Shown here piece by piece: positions 37,065 through 47,830 of a DNA stretch of 64,000 nt (position 1 is its first letter; each line of letters opens with the position of its first letter). The DNA lies in NCBI GenBank assembly GCA_964589975.1, contig CAZPVH010000001.1:164853-228852 (forward strand), in the 5' to 3' direction. Under the pieces are notes generated by a model that was not told the origin of the DNA, ran no database searches, and saw only the letters and a program-made list of their open reading frames with translations. This stretch comes from an uncultured Candidatus Saccharibacteria bacterium. Its GTDB lineage: Bacteria > Patescibacteriota > Minisyncoccia > Phycocordibacterales > CSBR16-119. Position numbers and translations under genes: made by a program.

Positions 37065-37934
37065 ATGAAAAAATTTCTCATTGCATTCGTAATAATGGCG
37101 GTTCTGGTTCCGGCCGCGGCATTTGCCGAAACATCCAAGGTCGTTTCAGAGCAAGCTGAAATCGACGCCCTTTTGCAAAAAATCAATCTTCTTTACGGAG
37201 AAATCTACAAACTCGGCGGAAAAGTCGAGACCAGTGTTTCGACTGACGGGAAAATAATTGCTGAACCAGCCAAGGCTGATTCCGGCAAGGGCGAAGTTCC
37301 AATGCGCAGATCAAAAGATAAAACTCCGCGTGTCATGTACTGGTGGGGCAAGGTTAATCAGCATTTCAATCTGCAAACTGGCTATTGGGAAACTGATCCT
37401 GATGGAGTTTCCGGCGCGGATCTCGACATGCTGAAGTACTGTCAGAAGTGGTACCCGAAAACAAAGTCGGTCAAAGAGCACAAACTTGAGACGATCAAGA
37501 GCTGGAAGAATCGCGGCAATCTTCTAAATTTTGAATCTCGCAAGATGTCTTATGAGTGCAGCGAGAAAGTCGGATCAAAGCCGGTTACAACTACTACAAC
37601 AAATACAGCCAATACGAATCCTGTGAACACAACTCCGTGGGTCTCTCCAGTAGAAGTCGAAGACCAGGACAATGGTGGTGATGTCGATAAAGACATGCAG
37701 ATCATGTACTGGTGGGGCAAGGTCAATCGACATTTGGATGATAAAGAATGGGTCTCAGATCCTGATGGAACATCTGGCGCAAGTATTGATAAGTTGGCTT
37801 ACTGCAAGAAGTGGTATCCACACAGTATCGGAGTTAGACAAAATACTTTGGTCACAGCAAGTGGCTGGCACGATGCCGGAAACGTTAACGAATACACGTC
37901 GATCAAGATGTCTTATTACTGCCTCCAGGACTAA
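37065..37934 (+). CDS. Secreted protein with a duplicated Trp/Cys domain
   Basis: MYWWGKVN.H...W..DPDG.SGA..D.L.YC.KWYP occurs twice. Confidence 0.85.
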   Translation: MKKFLIAFVIMAVLVPAAAFAETSKVVSEQAEIDALLQKINLLYGEIYKLGGKVETSVSTDGKIIAEPAKADSGKGEVPMRRSKDKTPRVMYWWGKVNQHFNLQTGYWETDPDGVSGADLDMLKYCQKWYPKTKSVKEHKLETIKSWKNRGNLLNFESRKMSYECSEKVGSKPVTTTTTNTANTNPVNTTPWVSPVEVEDQDNGGDVDKDMQIMYWWGKVNRHLDDKEWVSDPDGTSGASIDKLAYCKKWYPHSIGVRQNTLVTASGWHDAGNVNEYTSIKMSYYCLQD

Positions 37935-37939
37935 TTTCT

Positions 37940-39265
37940 ATGCGAACTCTCATAAAGGATCTCAAGAATCATAAAGGCGAAGAAGTTACCATAAAAGGCT
38001 GGATTAGTGTGCGGCGCGATCAGGGTAAAATGGTCTTTTTCGACATTCGCGATTTCTCCGGAACAATTCAGACCGTTGTACTGCCAAATAGTGAGGCGAT
38101 AACTAGCGCGAAAGAGGCGAGTCCGGAATCTGTTGTTTCTATCCTCGGAAAAGTTAACGAGCGTCCTGAAAAAAACAAAAATGCAAAGGTTCAGAACGGT
38201 GATATCGAACTTGAAGTACTTGGACTTGAAATTTTGGCCAAGGCAGAACCTCTTCCGTTCGATATGTCGGTTGACGGATTTAACCTCGACCTTACAACCG
38301 AGCTTGATCACCGAGCGCTTACGCTTCGTCATCCGCGACTACAATCAATATTTAAAGTTCAGGCAGTAATCATCGACTCATTCCGCGAATTTTTAAAAAA
38401 ACAAGATTTCTTCGAGTTCCAGGCCCCAGCGATGGTTCCAGCCACAGCAGAAGGCGGGGCAGAGGTTTTTAAGATTGATTACTTCGACAAGAAAGCCTTC
38501 CTTTCTCAGTCGCCGCAACTCTACAAGCAAATTGTTATGACTGCTTTTGAGCGTGTCTTTTCGGTTAATAAGGTTTTCCGCGCCGAACCATCGGCGACGA
38601 CTCGTCATCTTACCGAAATTGTTTCCCTCGACGTTGAGATGGGATTTATCGAATCATGGCGAGATATCCGCGACCTGTCCGAACAAACAGTTAAATTTAT
38701 TCTGGAAGAAGTTCGAACCAAATGCGCCAAAGAACTCGAATTTCTAAAAGCTGAACTCCCAGTCATGATTGAGTCTACACCGACACTCTCACTTACCGAG
38801 GCGCTACAGAAGCTTGGAGCCGGAGCTGATAAAGATTTGAACCCGGAGCAGGAGAGAAAGCTCTGTGAGATGATCAAAGAAGAAACCGGATCAGACTTCG
38901 TTTATGTTTACGGCTACCCGACACGACAAAAGCCATTTTATGTTTATCCAAATCCAGAGAATCCTGAATTCAATGAGGGTATGGATCTATTGTGCAGAGG
39001 GGTTGAGTGGCTCTCAGGCGGACGCCGGGTAAATGACTATAAGCAGCTCCTCGATCACGTCGAAAAATGGAAAATGGATCCGGAAAAAATTGAAATGTTC
39101 CTGGAAGCGTTCCGCTACGGCGTCCCACCAGAAGGCGGATTCGCTTTCGGCGCTGAGCGTATGACCATGCAGATCCTTGGGCTCAAGAATATCCGCGAGG
39201 CAACGATGTTCCCGCGAGACATGAACAGAATCGACGGACGACTGAACGACAACAAGGAAGAATAA
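37940..39265 (+). CDS. aspS: Aspartyl-tRNA synthetase, short non-discriminating (archaeal-like) type
   Basis: EGGAEVF, LSQSPQLYKQ, FRAE, GVPPEGG; no GAD insert. Confidence 0.92.
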   Translation: MRTLIKDLKNHKGEEVTIKGWISVRRDQGKMVFFDIRDFSGTIQTVVLPNSEAITSAKEASPESVVSILGKVNERPEKNKNAKVQNGDIELEVLGLEILAKAEPLPFDMSVDGFNLDLTTELDHRALTLRHPRLQSIFKVQAVIIDSFREFLKKQDFFEFQAPAMVPATAEGGAEVFKIDYFDKKAFLSQSPQLYKQIVMTAFERVFSVNKVFRAEPSATTRHLTEIVSLDVEMGFIESWRDIRDLSEQTVKFILEEVRTKCAKELEFLKAELPVMIESTPTLSLTEALQKLGAGADKDLNPEQERKLCEMIKEETGSDFVYVYGYPTRQKPFYVYPNPENPEFNEGMDLLCRGVEWLSGGRRVNDYKQLLDHVEKWKMDPEKIEMFLEAFRYGVPPEGGFAFGAERMTMQILGLKNIREATMFPRDMNRIDGRLNDNKEE

Positions 39266-39314
39266 GAACGAAAAAGGCCCCCGCAATGCGGGAGCCTTTC
39301 GTTTCGAACACCAA

Positions 39315-41057
39315 TCAGTTTAGGGCCATATCGAGTTTCTGCTTCTTCACCAGCTCTCTGTAGATCTCGCAAGATTTCATCAGAGTTGCGTGATTATCAA
39401 AGGCGATGAGCCTACCTTTGTCCATTACCATGATCCTGGAGCAGGACTTCAGGGTTGCAAACCGGTGGGCGATGATGATCGTTGTTACTCCTTGGAGCTG
39501 CTGACTGATCACATTCTCAAAGATCTCACCTTCGATCTTGGCATCCATTTGACTGGTTGCTTCGTCAAGAATGAGAATCTTTGCTTTCCGGATAGTTGCC
39601 TGGGCGATCAGAAGCCTTTGACGTTCACCGCCCGAGAGCTTGATGCCGCGTTCGCCAACGAATTCATCGAGCCCCTTTCTCGTTTCGCGGACTCGCTCGT
39701 CAAGACGCGCGTCTTTCAGCGCTTTCCAGAGCGTAGTATCGTCAACCTCGGTATCGGCTCCGAATGTCAGGTTGAAGCGGATCGTATTATCGAACAGCTG
39801 TCCTTCCTGTTGTACGAAGGCGATCTGTCGACGGTAGCTTCTGTCGAAATCCGGCAATGGCGTGTTGTCGATGTAAATGCCGCCCGAGGACGGATCATAC
39901 GCTCGTGTGATCAGCCTGATGAGGGTTGTCTTGCCAGCGCCGGATTCACCGACGATGCCGACTGTCTCTCCAGCTTCAATATCGAACGTCACATCTTTCA
40001 CCCCACGGTCATTTTCATCTTCAGCAGATCCATACGTGTATGAGACTCGGCTCATAGAGATCTTTCCATAACTGATGTCTCTCTGTGTGCCGTTCTCATT
40101 GAGATCAGGCTCGGTCTCCACGAGATGAAGATATTTCTGGATCGTCGGCACTTGCCGTGCGATCTGTCTCATCTCGCTTCGAATGCTGCCGAGACGCGCC
40201 GTGGTGCTACCGGTCCAAGAGAAGAGCATCACTAGCACTCCTGTCGACTCTGACCCGCTTTGAACGAGATGGATGCCGAATACGAGCATGGCGATCGTGA
40301 TACTGATCTTCAAGAAACCGATCATGTGTGACCCAGAGCTGTAGCGAAGCCAAAGAGTTCTGGCAAGAGTGTTTACGCGGGAAATTTCCTGCATGTATAG
40401 CTCGTTGAACCATTCTTCCTGGCCGCCGAGCTTTACGGGGATAACGTTCCGGAGCATCTCTGACTTGAACTTGCCGCGATTTCTATGCTCTTCTTCAAGC
40501 TTTAAGAGGGGGTCCTCATACGACTTGTTGAATTTTAGAGCTGCTGTCAGATAGACACCCGACAAGATTGCGATCATGAGACCCATCTGCCATGACACCA
40601 TAGTTGTGGCGAGGACGCAGAGACTGACATAAAAGATGTGTGGCAGCAGGCTGAAGAGCATGCTGATAACAAAATCCTTTAGCGAGCTTACACCCATGCC
40701 GATCGTTTCGTTGATGACACTCGAGTTCATGTTCATGTGCTGTCCGAGCGAGAGCGACATCAGTCGGCGCGTTGCAAAGCCTTCAATCTTTTCGTTGAAT
40801 GTGAAGAAGTACTTCTTCAGGTCAACGTATTCTCGAAGCCACTGCGCAAAATGCGCCGAAACGAGGAACGCGACGGCGCCAATAGCGTAAATGTAGGCTC
40901 CGTCGGCCTTCCCACTCAGCTTATTGATGATCTGTCCGAAGAGGTAGGGGATGTATATCCCGAAGATCTCTCCGACAATGAGAAGCGCAAGGGAGATCAT
41001 GATAAAACCATGAAATCCTCGGAGCTGTGTCCAGGCGTGCTTTATGATTTGCTTCAT
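39315..41057 (-). CDS. ABC exporter, fused permease and ATPase (accessory unit)
   Basis: GESGAGKTT, LSGGERQR, LDEATS; TTGACA-N17-TATATA; A/C leader. Confidence 0.92.
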   Translation of the reverse strand: MKQIIKHAWTQLRGFHGFIMISLALLIVGEIFGIYIPYLFGQIINKLSGKADGAYIYAIGAVAFLVSAHFAQWLREYVDLKKYFFTFNEKIEGFATRRLMSLSLGQHMNMNSSVINETIGMGVSSLKDFVISMLFSLLPHIFYVSLCVLATTMVSWQMGLMIAILSGVYLTAALKFNKSYEDPLLKLEEEHRNRGKFKSEMLRNVIPVKLGGQEEWFNELYMQEISRVNTLARTLWLRYSSGSHMIGFLKISITIAMLVFGIHLVQSGSESTGVLVMLFSWTGSTTARLGSIRSEMRQIARQVPTIQKYLHLVETEPDLNENGTQRDISYGKISMSRVSYTYGSAEDENDRGVKDVTFDIEAGETVGIVGESGAGKTTLIRLITRAYDPSSGGIYIDNTPLPDFDRSYRRQIAFVQQEGQLFDNTIRFNLTFGADTEVDDTTLWKALKDARLDERVRETRKGLDEFVGERGIKLSGGERQRLLIAQATIRKAKILILDEATSQMDAKIEGEIFENVISQQLQGVTTIIIAHRFATLKSCSRIMVMDKGRLIAFDNHATLMKSCEIYRELVKKQKLDMALN

Positions 41058-41188
41058 GTCTGTTTGGTGTTCGTTTTTTGAGGTTCTTTTCACTCTTTAT
41101 ATAGCATAAAAAAAGCCTAATGTCAAATTAGAAAATACCCACTTTTTCCCTTAAAACACAGCATTTTCATGTTAAAATATCAAACATC

Positions 41189-41959
41189 ATGACTGAAACG
41201 TCGTACCAAGTTAAAACTGGGCAATTTCAAGGCCCGCTTGATGTACTTCTTGGTCTTATTGAAAAACGTAAGCTTTTTATTAATGAGATCTCTCTTGCGT
41301 CTATTACGGACGACTTTATTGTTTACGTTCAGGCACTGGACAAGAAAGACATCGAATCCTACACATCATTCATCTCAGTCGCAGCGACGCTCATCCTAAT
41401 CAAGTCTCGCTCGCTCATTCCGAACCTCGAGCTCACAGAAGATGAACAAAATGATATCGGGGCCCTTGAACGAAGATTGGAACTATATCGTTTAATAAAA
41501 GAGATTGGAGTTGAGATAGAAGCGAAATTCGGCAAGCAAATTATTTTCCCGAGACTTGAGAAAAAGATTGAGACAAAGGTGTTCGCGCCCGATGCGCAGA
41601 TCACTAAAGACTCGATGCTCTCAAACATCTACGACGCGATAAAATTAATTCCGATTCCGGAGCCACCGAAGCCTGAAGTTCTGGTTCTAAAAGTAAAAAG
41701 CATCGAGGAAACGATCAATGATTTGGTAGAAAGGGTCACAAAGAGTTTCAAAATGAGTTTTCGAGAATTTTCTGCATCGCACGGGTATAAAGACGAGAAA
41801 GAAAAGAAGGTCGGAACAATTGTCTCATTCCTTGCCATGCTAGAATTGGTCAGGAACGGATTTATGGAAGCATTCCAGACAGATGCGTTTGAGGATATCA
41901 GTATTGAAAAGATAGAAATTAAGCCGGAAGTAACAAATCAAAATGACATTAGCGAATAA
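41189..41959 (+). CDS. scpA: Segregation and condensation protein A
   Basis: FQGPLDVLL.LI, IKSRSL, FLAMLEL. Confidence 0.93.
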   Translation: MTETSYQVKTGQFQGPLDVLLGLIEKRKLFINEISLASITDDFIVYVQALDKKDIESYTSFISVAATLILIKSRSLIPNLELTEDEQNDIGALERRLELYRLIKEIGVEIEAKFGKQIIFPRLEKKIETKVFAPDAQITKDSMLSNIYDAIKLIPIPEPPKPEVLVLKVKSIEETINDLVERVTKSFKMSFREFSASHGYKDEKEKKVGTIVSFLAMLELVRNGFMEAFQTDAFEDISIEKIEIKPEVTNQNDISE

Positions 41960-42503
41960 AATCGAAGCGTATCTTTTTTGGAAAGGCGAACCTCAGACCC
42001 ACTGGGAGATTGCGGTCGCACTTCGCGTAGAGCCAACCGATATTCAACCGGCAATTGAGGAGCTCCGCGCAGCGCTAGCGGAAAGGGGAATCTCACTTGT
42101 TGCCCATGAAGACAAAGTCATGCTTGGAACGTCTCCCGAAATGTCAGACTTTTTCGAAACTCTTCGCAAAGAAGAGCTGTCGAAAGACTTGTCAAAGGCA
42201 GCGCTCGAAACTATCTCTATAATCCTATATCGTTCCGGCGCCACGCGCTCAGAGATAAATTTTATTCGGGGCGTGAATTCCGGGTATATTCTCCGAAACC
42301 TCGAAATCCGAGGTCTTGTGGAGCGTGATATGCATAAAACTGACGGGCGACTCAATATTTACAAGCCGACTCTCGAATTGCTATCATTCCTTGGTGTCGG
42401 AAGCGCTGGAGAATTACCAGAATTTCAGAAAGTACGTGACACTTTGGCCGAAAAGCTATCCGGCGGAGCTAAAAGAGAATTAGAGAATGAATCTAACCCA
42501 TAA
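41943..42503 (+). CDS. scpB: Segregation and condensation protein B
   Basis: LSKAALETISII.Y, IRGVNS. Confidence 0.93.
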   Translation: MTLANKIEAYLFWKGEPQTHWEIAVALRVEPTDIQPAIEELRAALAERGISLVAHEDKVMLGTSPEMSDFFETLRKEELSKDLSKAALETISIILYRSGATRSEINFIRGVNSGYILRNLEIRGLVERDMHKTDGRLNIYKPTLELLSFLGVGSAGELPEFQKVRDTLAEKLSGGAKRELENESNP

Positions 42504-43425
42504 AGAAAGAGAACTAATATTTATAATGTTCATGCTCGCCATCGTGGCGGTTTTTTATGCTATCTCGATCAAGGACGAGATAGCTCGTGGAATTATAATT
42601 GAACAACAAGTTGCGGAGTATCAGAAAAGCATCGAACCGTTTTTGGATTTGGCTTTAAACGCCAAAAGTTTTGCGATCTACGATATGGATAACAAGAATT
42701 TCGTTTACAAACGCGATGCCGAACGGCAGATGCCACTTGCTTCGCTTACAAAGGTTATGTCGGCGATAGTTGTTATGGAACATGTTCCGGCCGACCATGT
42801 CTTCCAGATTTCCAAAGATGCTTTGTCCGAAATCGGAGACAATAAGCTTCTTCTCGATGAGAAATGGGGAAGGGACGAGCTCCTAAAATTCGCCTTGGTG
42901 GAGTCTTCAAACGACGCGCTCTGGCAGATGGCCTATGAGACGGGAAAAATCATCGATCCGGCTTCCGGAGATCCCATCTCTGTATTTGTTGCGCGCATGA
43001 ATGAGGAGGCTAAAGAAATGAGACTAGCTGGATTTGAATTCAAGAATCCTTCCGGACTCGATATCGGCGACGGTACGAACGGGGGATATGGCAATGCGCG
43101 AAATATGGCTAAGCTTTTTGCGGAAGCCGTCACGAAATATCCGGAAATATTTTCTCCGACCAAGGATCAGGCGCCAATTTTCCGCTCGAATGACGCAGAG
43201 CATGTGGCCAAGAACACGAATCCATTCACTCATGAAATCCCTGGACTCGTTGCTTCAAAAACAGGATTTACAAATATTTCAGGCGGCAATTTAGTCGTGG
43301 CGGTAAAGGACGAACAGGGACGTAATCTCGCTATCGTGGTCATGGGTTCGACTTTTGATGACCGCTTCACGGATGTAAAGACAATTTCCGGGTCGCTAAG
43401 AAGTCCCCAGGAATCCGGATTCTAA
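42487..43425 (+). CDS. D-Ala-D-Ala carboxypeptidase (S11 family)
   Basis: ASLTK, SSN, KTG motifs. Confidence 0.92.
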   Translation: MNLTHKERELIFIMFMLAIVAVFYAISIKDEIARGIIIEQQVAEYQKSIEPFLDLALNAKSFAIYDMDNKNFVYKRDAERQMPLASLTKVMSAIVVMEHVPADHVFQISKDALSEIGDNKLLLDEKWGRDELLKFALVESSNDALWQMAYETGKIIDPASGDPISVFVARMNEEAKEMRLAGFEFKNPSGLDIGDGTNGGYGNARNMAKLFAEAVTKYPEIFSPTKDQAPIFRSNDAEHVAKNTNPFTHEIPGLVASKTGFTNISGGNLVVAVKDEQGRNLAIVVMGSTFDDRFTDVKTISGSLRSPQESGF

Positions 43426-43443
43426 TTCTGCTAGAATATCCTT

Positions 43444-44520
43444 ATGATAAATCTAAGCCTCATTAAACTATTTTTGCCGGCGGTTCTCACCTTCGTGCTC
43501 GGTATTGCCATAACGCCATTTTTCACAGACTTTTTTTACAAGCACAAGATGTGGAAGAAGGTGGCACGTAAAGTAGATGGTGAAGATAAGCGCGACGAAA
43601 TGTCGGCCGAGTTTAAGCGGATCTCGAATGGCGATCATGAACTTCACACGCCGCGCGTTGGAGGCATGATTATTTGGGCCAGTATTTGTCTCTCTGCACT
43701 CATTCTTTTCCTTATCCCTACATTTCTTCCGAATGATATCTCGCAAAAACTTAATTTCGTTTCCAAAGAACAAACACTCCTGCCGTTTATCGCGCTACTT
43801 ATTGGCGCATTTCTTGGTCTCGTGAACGACTTAATGACTATTTATGTGACGCGCGGAGTTTTTGTAAACGGTTTTCCGCGAAAGTACATGCTTTCCATGA
43901 TCGCGCTCACCGGACTTGCCTTTGCGCTTTGGTTCTTCTTAAAGCTCGGTGACGCGCAACTAGTCATCCCTTTCGCGCATCAAGCGTGGTACCTCGGCTA
44001 TTGGTTCATTCCTGTTTTCATCCTTGTCTTTATGGCGACGTTCTCTTCCGGAGTAATCGACGGGATAGACGGTTTGGCTGGAGGCATTATGGCTATCATC
44101 TTCGCCTCGCTCTCTGTCATCGCTTATTTTCAAACCCAGATCGACATTGCGGCGTTTTGCCTCGTGGTCTCTGGCGCCATTCTCTCATTCCTTTGGTTCA
44201 ATATTCCGCCGGCCAGATTTTGGATGGGGGAGACGGGCATGCTCGGGCTCCTCTTCGCGCTTGTTGTTGTGGCATTTCTAACCGATACGGTTCTCATCCT
44301 TCCAATCATCGGTTTTCCGCTTGTCATGACTGCGCTCTCGTCTGCTATCCAGATAATCTCGAAGAAGTTGCGTGGTCCCGTGAAAGGCAAGATCTTCCGC
44401 GTCGCGCCGCTCCATCATCATTTTGAGGCTATTGGCTGGTCCCGCGAAAAGATCACCATGCGCTACTGGATTATATCCATTATGTTCGCTGTTGTTGGAG
44501 TCATCGTGGCCCTATTGTAG
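43444..44520 (+). CDS. mraY: Phospho-N-acetylmuramoyl-pentapeptide transferase
   Basis: TPRVGG, DGIDGL, APLHHHFE. Confidence 0.93.
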   Translation: MINLSLIKLFLPAVLTFVLGIAITPFFTDFFYKHKMWKKVARKVDGEDKRDEMSAEFKRISNGDHELHTPRVGGMIIWASICLSALILFLIPTFLPNDISQKLNFVSKEQTLLPFIALLIGAFLGLVNDLMTIYVTRGVFVNGFPRKYMLSMIALTGLAFALWFFLKLGDAQLVIPFAHQAWYLGYWFIPVFILVFMATFSSGVIDGIDGLAGGIMAIIFASLSVIAYFQTQIDIAAFCLVVSGAILSFLWFNIPPARFWMGETGMLGLLFALVVVAFLTDTVLILPIIGFPLVMTALSSAIQIISKKLRGPVKGKIFRVAPLHHHFEAIGWSREKITMRYWIISIMFAVVGVIVALL

Positions 44521-44524
44521 ATAT

Positions 44525-44713
44525 TGACTCACATAACTATTTGTGCTAGTTTGCCATCCATAAACGGCTCTTTTTAAATATGAATATGTAAGTCAAAAAC
44601 GGTCAAGAAAAGCCATGAGGTGGCGAACATTCGTCATTTCTTAGCTTTTCTTGACCATCGGTACAAGATAGCCCGCACCTAGAGGTACCTGGAAACCATC
44701 AAAAAACCACTAC
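44525..44713 (+). promoter_or_regulatory. Promoter and long structured leader of the flotillin gene
   Basis: TTGACT-N17-TAGTTT; boxA-like GCTCTTTTTAA; GGTCAAGAAAAGC/GCTTTTCTTGACC stem at 44601-44656. Confidence 0.6.
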
Positions 44714-46636
44714 ATGGTATTGCTCTCGTTCTAGTTTGAAATCCCTTCGTGGGCGCCAACGGTTGGCTTATGGCTATTGGCTGTAGCACTACTGTTGGTA
44801 TTCTCGAAACTCATCTTTGGATGGGTCTTCATCGGTGAAACCCAGAATGGTATCATCGTGAAAAAATGGGGTGTTGGAGGAGGTGCTCGCTTGCCAGAAA
44901 ATCGCATCATCGCGACCAAAGGCGAGGCGGGTATTCAAGCCCAGATGATCGGCCCCGGTCTCCACCTCTGGTACTGGCCATGGATGTACTCTGTCACCAA
45001 ACAAGGTGTGACCGAGGTACCCAACGGACAGATCGGTATCGTGGAAGCCATCGATGGAGACAAACTGGAAGATGGCGCGATTCTCGCCCGTAAAGTCGTG
45101 GACTGCAACAACTTCCAAGATGCAGCCGCCTTCATACGAAATGGAGGACAAAAGGGCTGGCAGTTGAACTACCTGACCGCAGGTCAGTACCGTATCAACA
45201 AACAACTGTTTCGAATCGAAATGGTTGCCGCTACGAATATTCCTTCGGACGACATCGGTCTGGTGACGACGCTTGACGGTACACCACTCCCAACTGGCAA
45301 GATTGCCGGAGAAGAAGTGGCCGGTCATGCCCATTATCAAAACGCTGAGGCCTTCCTGAAAGGGGGAGGGTTCCGTGGTCTGCAGGAGCAGATACTTTTG
45401 CCGGGTAACTGGTATATCAACCCGAAGTTTGCCCGTGTGGATATGATAAAAATGACCGAGGTGCCAGTTGGCTTCGTGGGCGTCGTGAACTCATTCATCG
45501 GACAAGACGGGGAAGACACCAGCGGAGAAGGTTTTACTCACGGAAACATCGTGAAGAAGGGCCAAAAGGGTATCTGGAACGAGACGTTCGATCCAGGTCT
45601 TTATCCAATTAATACACGCTTGATGAAAGTTGTGTTGGTACCCACGACGAATATCGTGCTCAACTGGGCTGAAAAGGGAGAGGATCACAACTTGGACAAG
45701 GATTTGGATACGATCCAGCTTCGGTCAAAAGATGGCTTCACTTTCAAGCTCGACGTGACGCAGGTGGTTAACATCTCAAGCGTTGCTGCTCCGAAGGTTA
45801 TCGCACGCTTCGGCTCCATGGAGAACATGGTGTCGCAGGTGCTCGAGCCGACCATCGATTCTTACTTCCGCAATTCGGCGCAAACCAGCGACGCGCTCGA
45901 CTTCGTCGATCATCGCGCGGAGCGTCAAGCGGAAGCGAAGGCTCACATCAACAATATCCTGGACAAGCACAACATCGTTGGTGTAGATACGCTCATCGGT
46001 GATATCGAGCCGCCTAAGCAGCTGATGGAGATTCTTTCGGACAGAAAGATCGCTCAGCAACAGCAGGCGATGTTCGAAATGCAGATGGCGTCGGAAGGCA
46101 AGCGTCAGGAGTATGTGAAGGCCAAGACAGCCGCTGACAAAGAAGCGCACCTGACAGCAGCTCGCTACGACAAAGACATCGCAACTCAGCAAGCAGCTGC
46201 AAAAGTTGAAGCTGCAAAAGGTGACAAGGAGGCGGCGGTTATCGCAGCGCAGGGTGAGGTCATTGTTCTTACCACTGTCGGCGATGCCAAGGCCCAGAAC
46301 ATCAAAGCGGTTGGCGGCGCGGAGGCGGACGTGATCAAACAGAAGACCTCAGCTATGGGCACCAAGGAATTCGCCATGGTACAGGTCGCCCAAACACTAG
46401 CAGAGCACAAGATCCAACTCGTGCCTCAGATCCTGGTGCAGGGCGGTGCTCAGAGTGGCGGTACCGGCAGTATCCTCGAAGCCCTCATCGGTAACGAGAT
46501 GTTGAAGGACCTCCGGAACAAGAGTCCCGAGTCCGTGAAGAAGGAACCAGATGCTCCTGCGGCATCATCAACACCGGAAGCACCAGCCCCTCCATCAGCG
46601 CCGAATGCTGAAGGCGGAGGTGTGAAGGGCTCATAG
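44714..46636 (+). CDS. SPFH/flotillin-like protein; natural ATG 44714 is interrupted by an in-frame TAG at 44732 (accessory unit)
   Basis: PG.Y.IN repeats, SKDGFTF, YFRNSAQ, Ala/Glu coiled coil; ATG is in frame with the 44777 ORF. Confidence 0.85.
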
Positions 46637-46721
46637 CCTGACTTACAAATTCATATGGAGGCCCCCGACATTGTCGGGGGCCTTTACATTTTTATATGAT
46701 TTCTTTGGTATACTTTTATCC

Positions 46722-47825
46722 ATGTCATCCATCGGCAAATCCGACAAAGTTTTTTTGTATACGGTAATTATTCTCCTGGTCTTTGGATTCTTCTGCTTCG
46801 TGTCCGCGTCATTTGGAATCTTGGCGGCGAATTCGTCAAAGTTTTGGAGCGTAGTTGTCAGTCAGTTCCTTGGGCTAGTCTTTGGCGGTATTCTCATGTA
46901 CGTTCTTTCTCGAGTTGATTATAAAGTCTGGCGAAAGAATGCATTTTATTTATTCCTCATCTCAATCGGCCTGACCCTCCTGGTATTTATCCCATCAATC
47001 AGTCTTGAGCACGGAGGCGCCAGACGCTGGATTTCTTTTGGCCCAGTTTCGTTCCAGCCGGTCGAACTTTTAAAAATCGCTTTTGTTATATATTTCGCTG
47101 GGTGGTTGTCGTGGGTAAAGGGGAAAGCCAAGCAGGTTCGTTACGGTGTCTTGCCGCTTGTCGCCATGCTCGGTATTGTTGCGGCTATTCTTCTACAACA
47201 GCCTGATACAAAAAGCATCATTCTCATTTTCGTTGCTTCAGCCTGTATGCTCATGCTCTCCGGCGTACCGTGGAAATATATCGGAATCGCTTTTGGCATC
47301 GGTGTTTTTATGTTTGGAGTCTTGGCGTTCACTAAGCCATACCTCGTGAAGCGAATCACGACATTTATGGATCCAACTTCCGATCTTCAGGGTGCATCCT
47401 ATCAGCTCCAGCAGTCATTGATCGCGATTGGTTCCGGCGGCGTCTTTGGACGCGGTTGGGGAGAGAGCGTGCAGAAATTTACTTATCTTCCGGAACCGCA
47501 CGGCGACTCGATCTTTGCTGTTATTGGCGAGGAATTCGGCTTTATTGGCACCTCGTTTGTTGTTGTGATGTATCTCATTTTTGGTCTCCGCGGCCTTCGG
47601 ATTGCGTATCGGGCGCCGGATTCTTTTGGTAGACTAATGGTTGCCGGAATTGTTATACTACTTCTCGCGCAGTCGTTCTTGAATATTGCCTCCATCATCG
47701 GCCTTTTCCCATTGACCGGTGTTCCGCTGGTCTTCATAAGTCATGGCGGAACAAGTCTCATGATAGCCATGGCGGCGGTCGGCATAATCCTGAATGTCTC
47801 CAAATATCAACTGAGCAACAAATAG
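46722..47825 (+). CDS. ftsW: Cell division SEDS glycosyltransferase FtsW
   Basis: GARRWI, FQPVE, QPD, LPEPHGDSIF, ISHGGTS; lies before murG. Confidence 0.92.
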   Translation: MSSIGKSDKVFLYTVIILLVFGFFCFVSASFGILAANSSKFWSVVVSQFLGLVFGGILMYVLSRVDYKVWRKNAFYLFLISIGLTLLVFIPSISLEHGGARRWISFGPVSFQPVELLKIAFVIYFAGWLSWVKGKAKQVRYGVLPLVAMLGIVAAILLQQPDTKSIILIFVASACMLMLSGVPWKYIGIAFGIGVFMFGVLAFTKPYLVKRITTFMDPTSDLQGASYQLQQSLIAIGSGGVFGRGWGESVQKFTYLPEPHGDSIFAVIGEEFGFIGTSFVVVMYLIFGLRGLRIAYRAPDSFGRLMVAGIVILLLAQSFLNIASIIGLFPLTGVPLVFISHGGTSLMIAMAAVGIILNVSKYQLSNK

Positions 47826-47830
47826 TGGGC

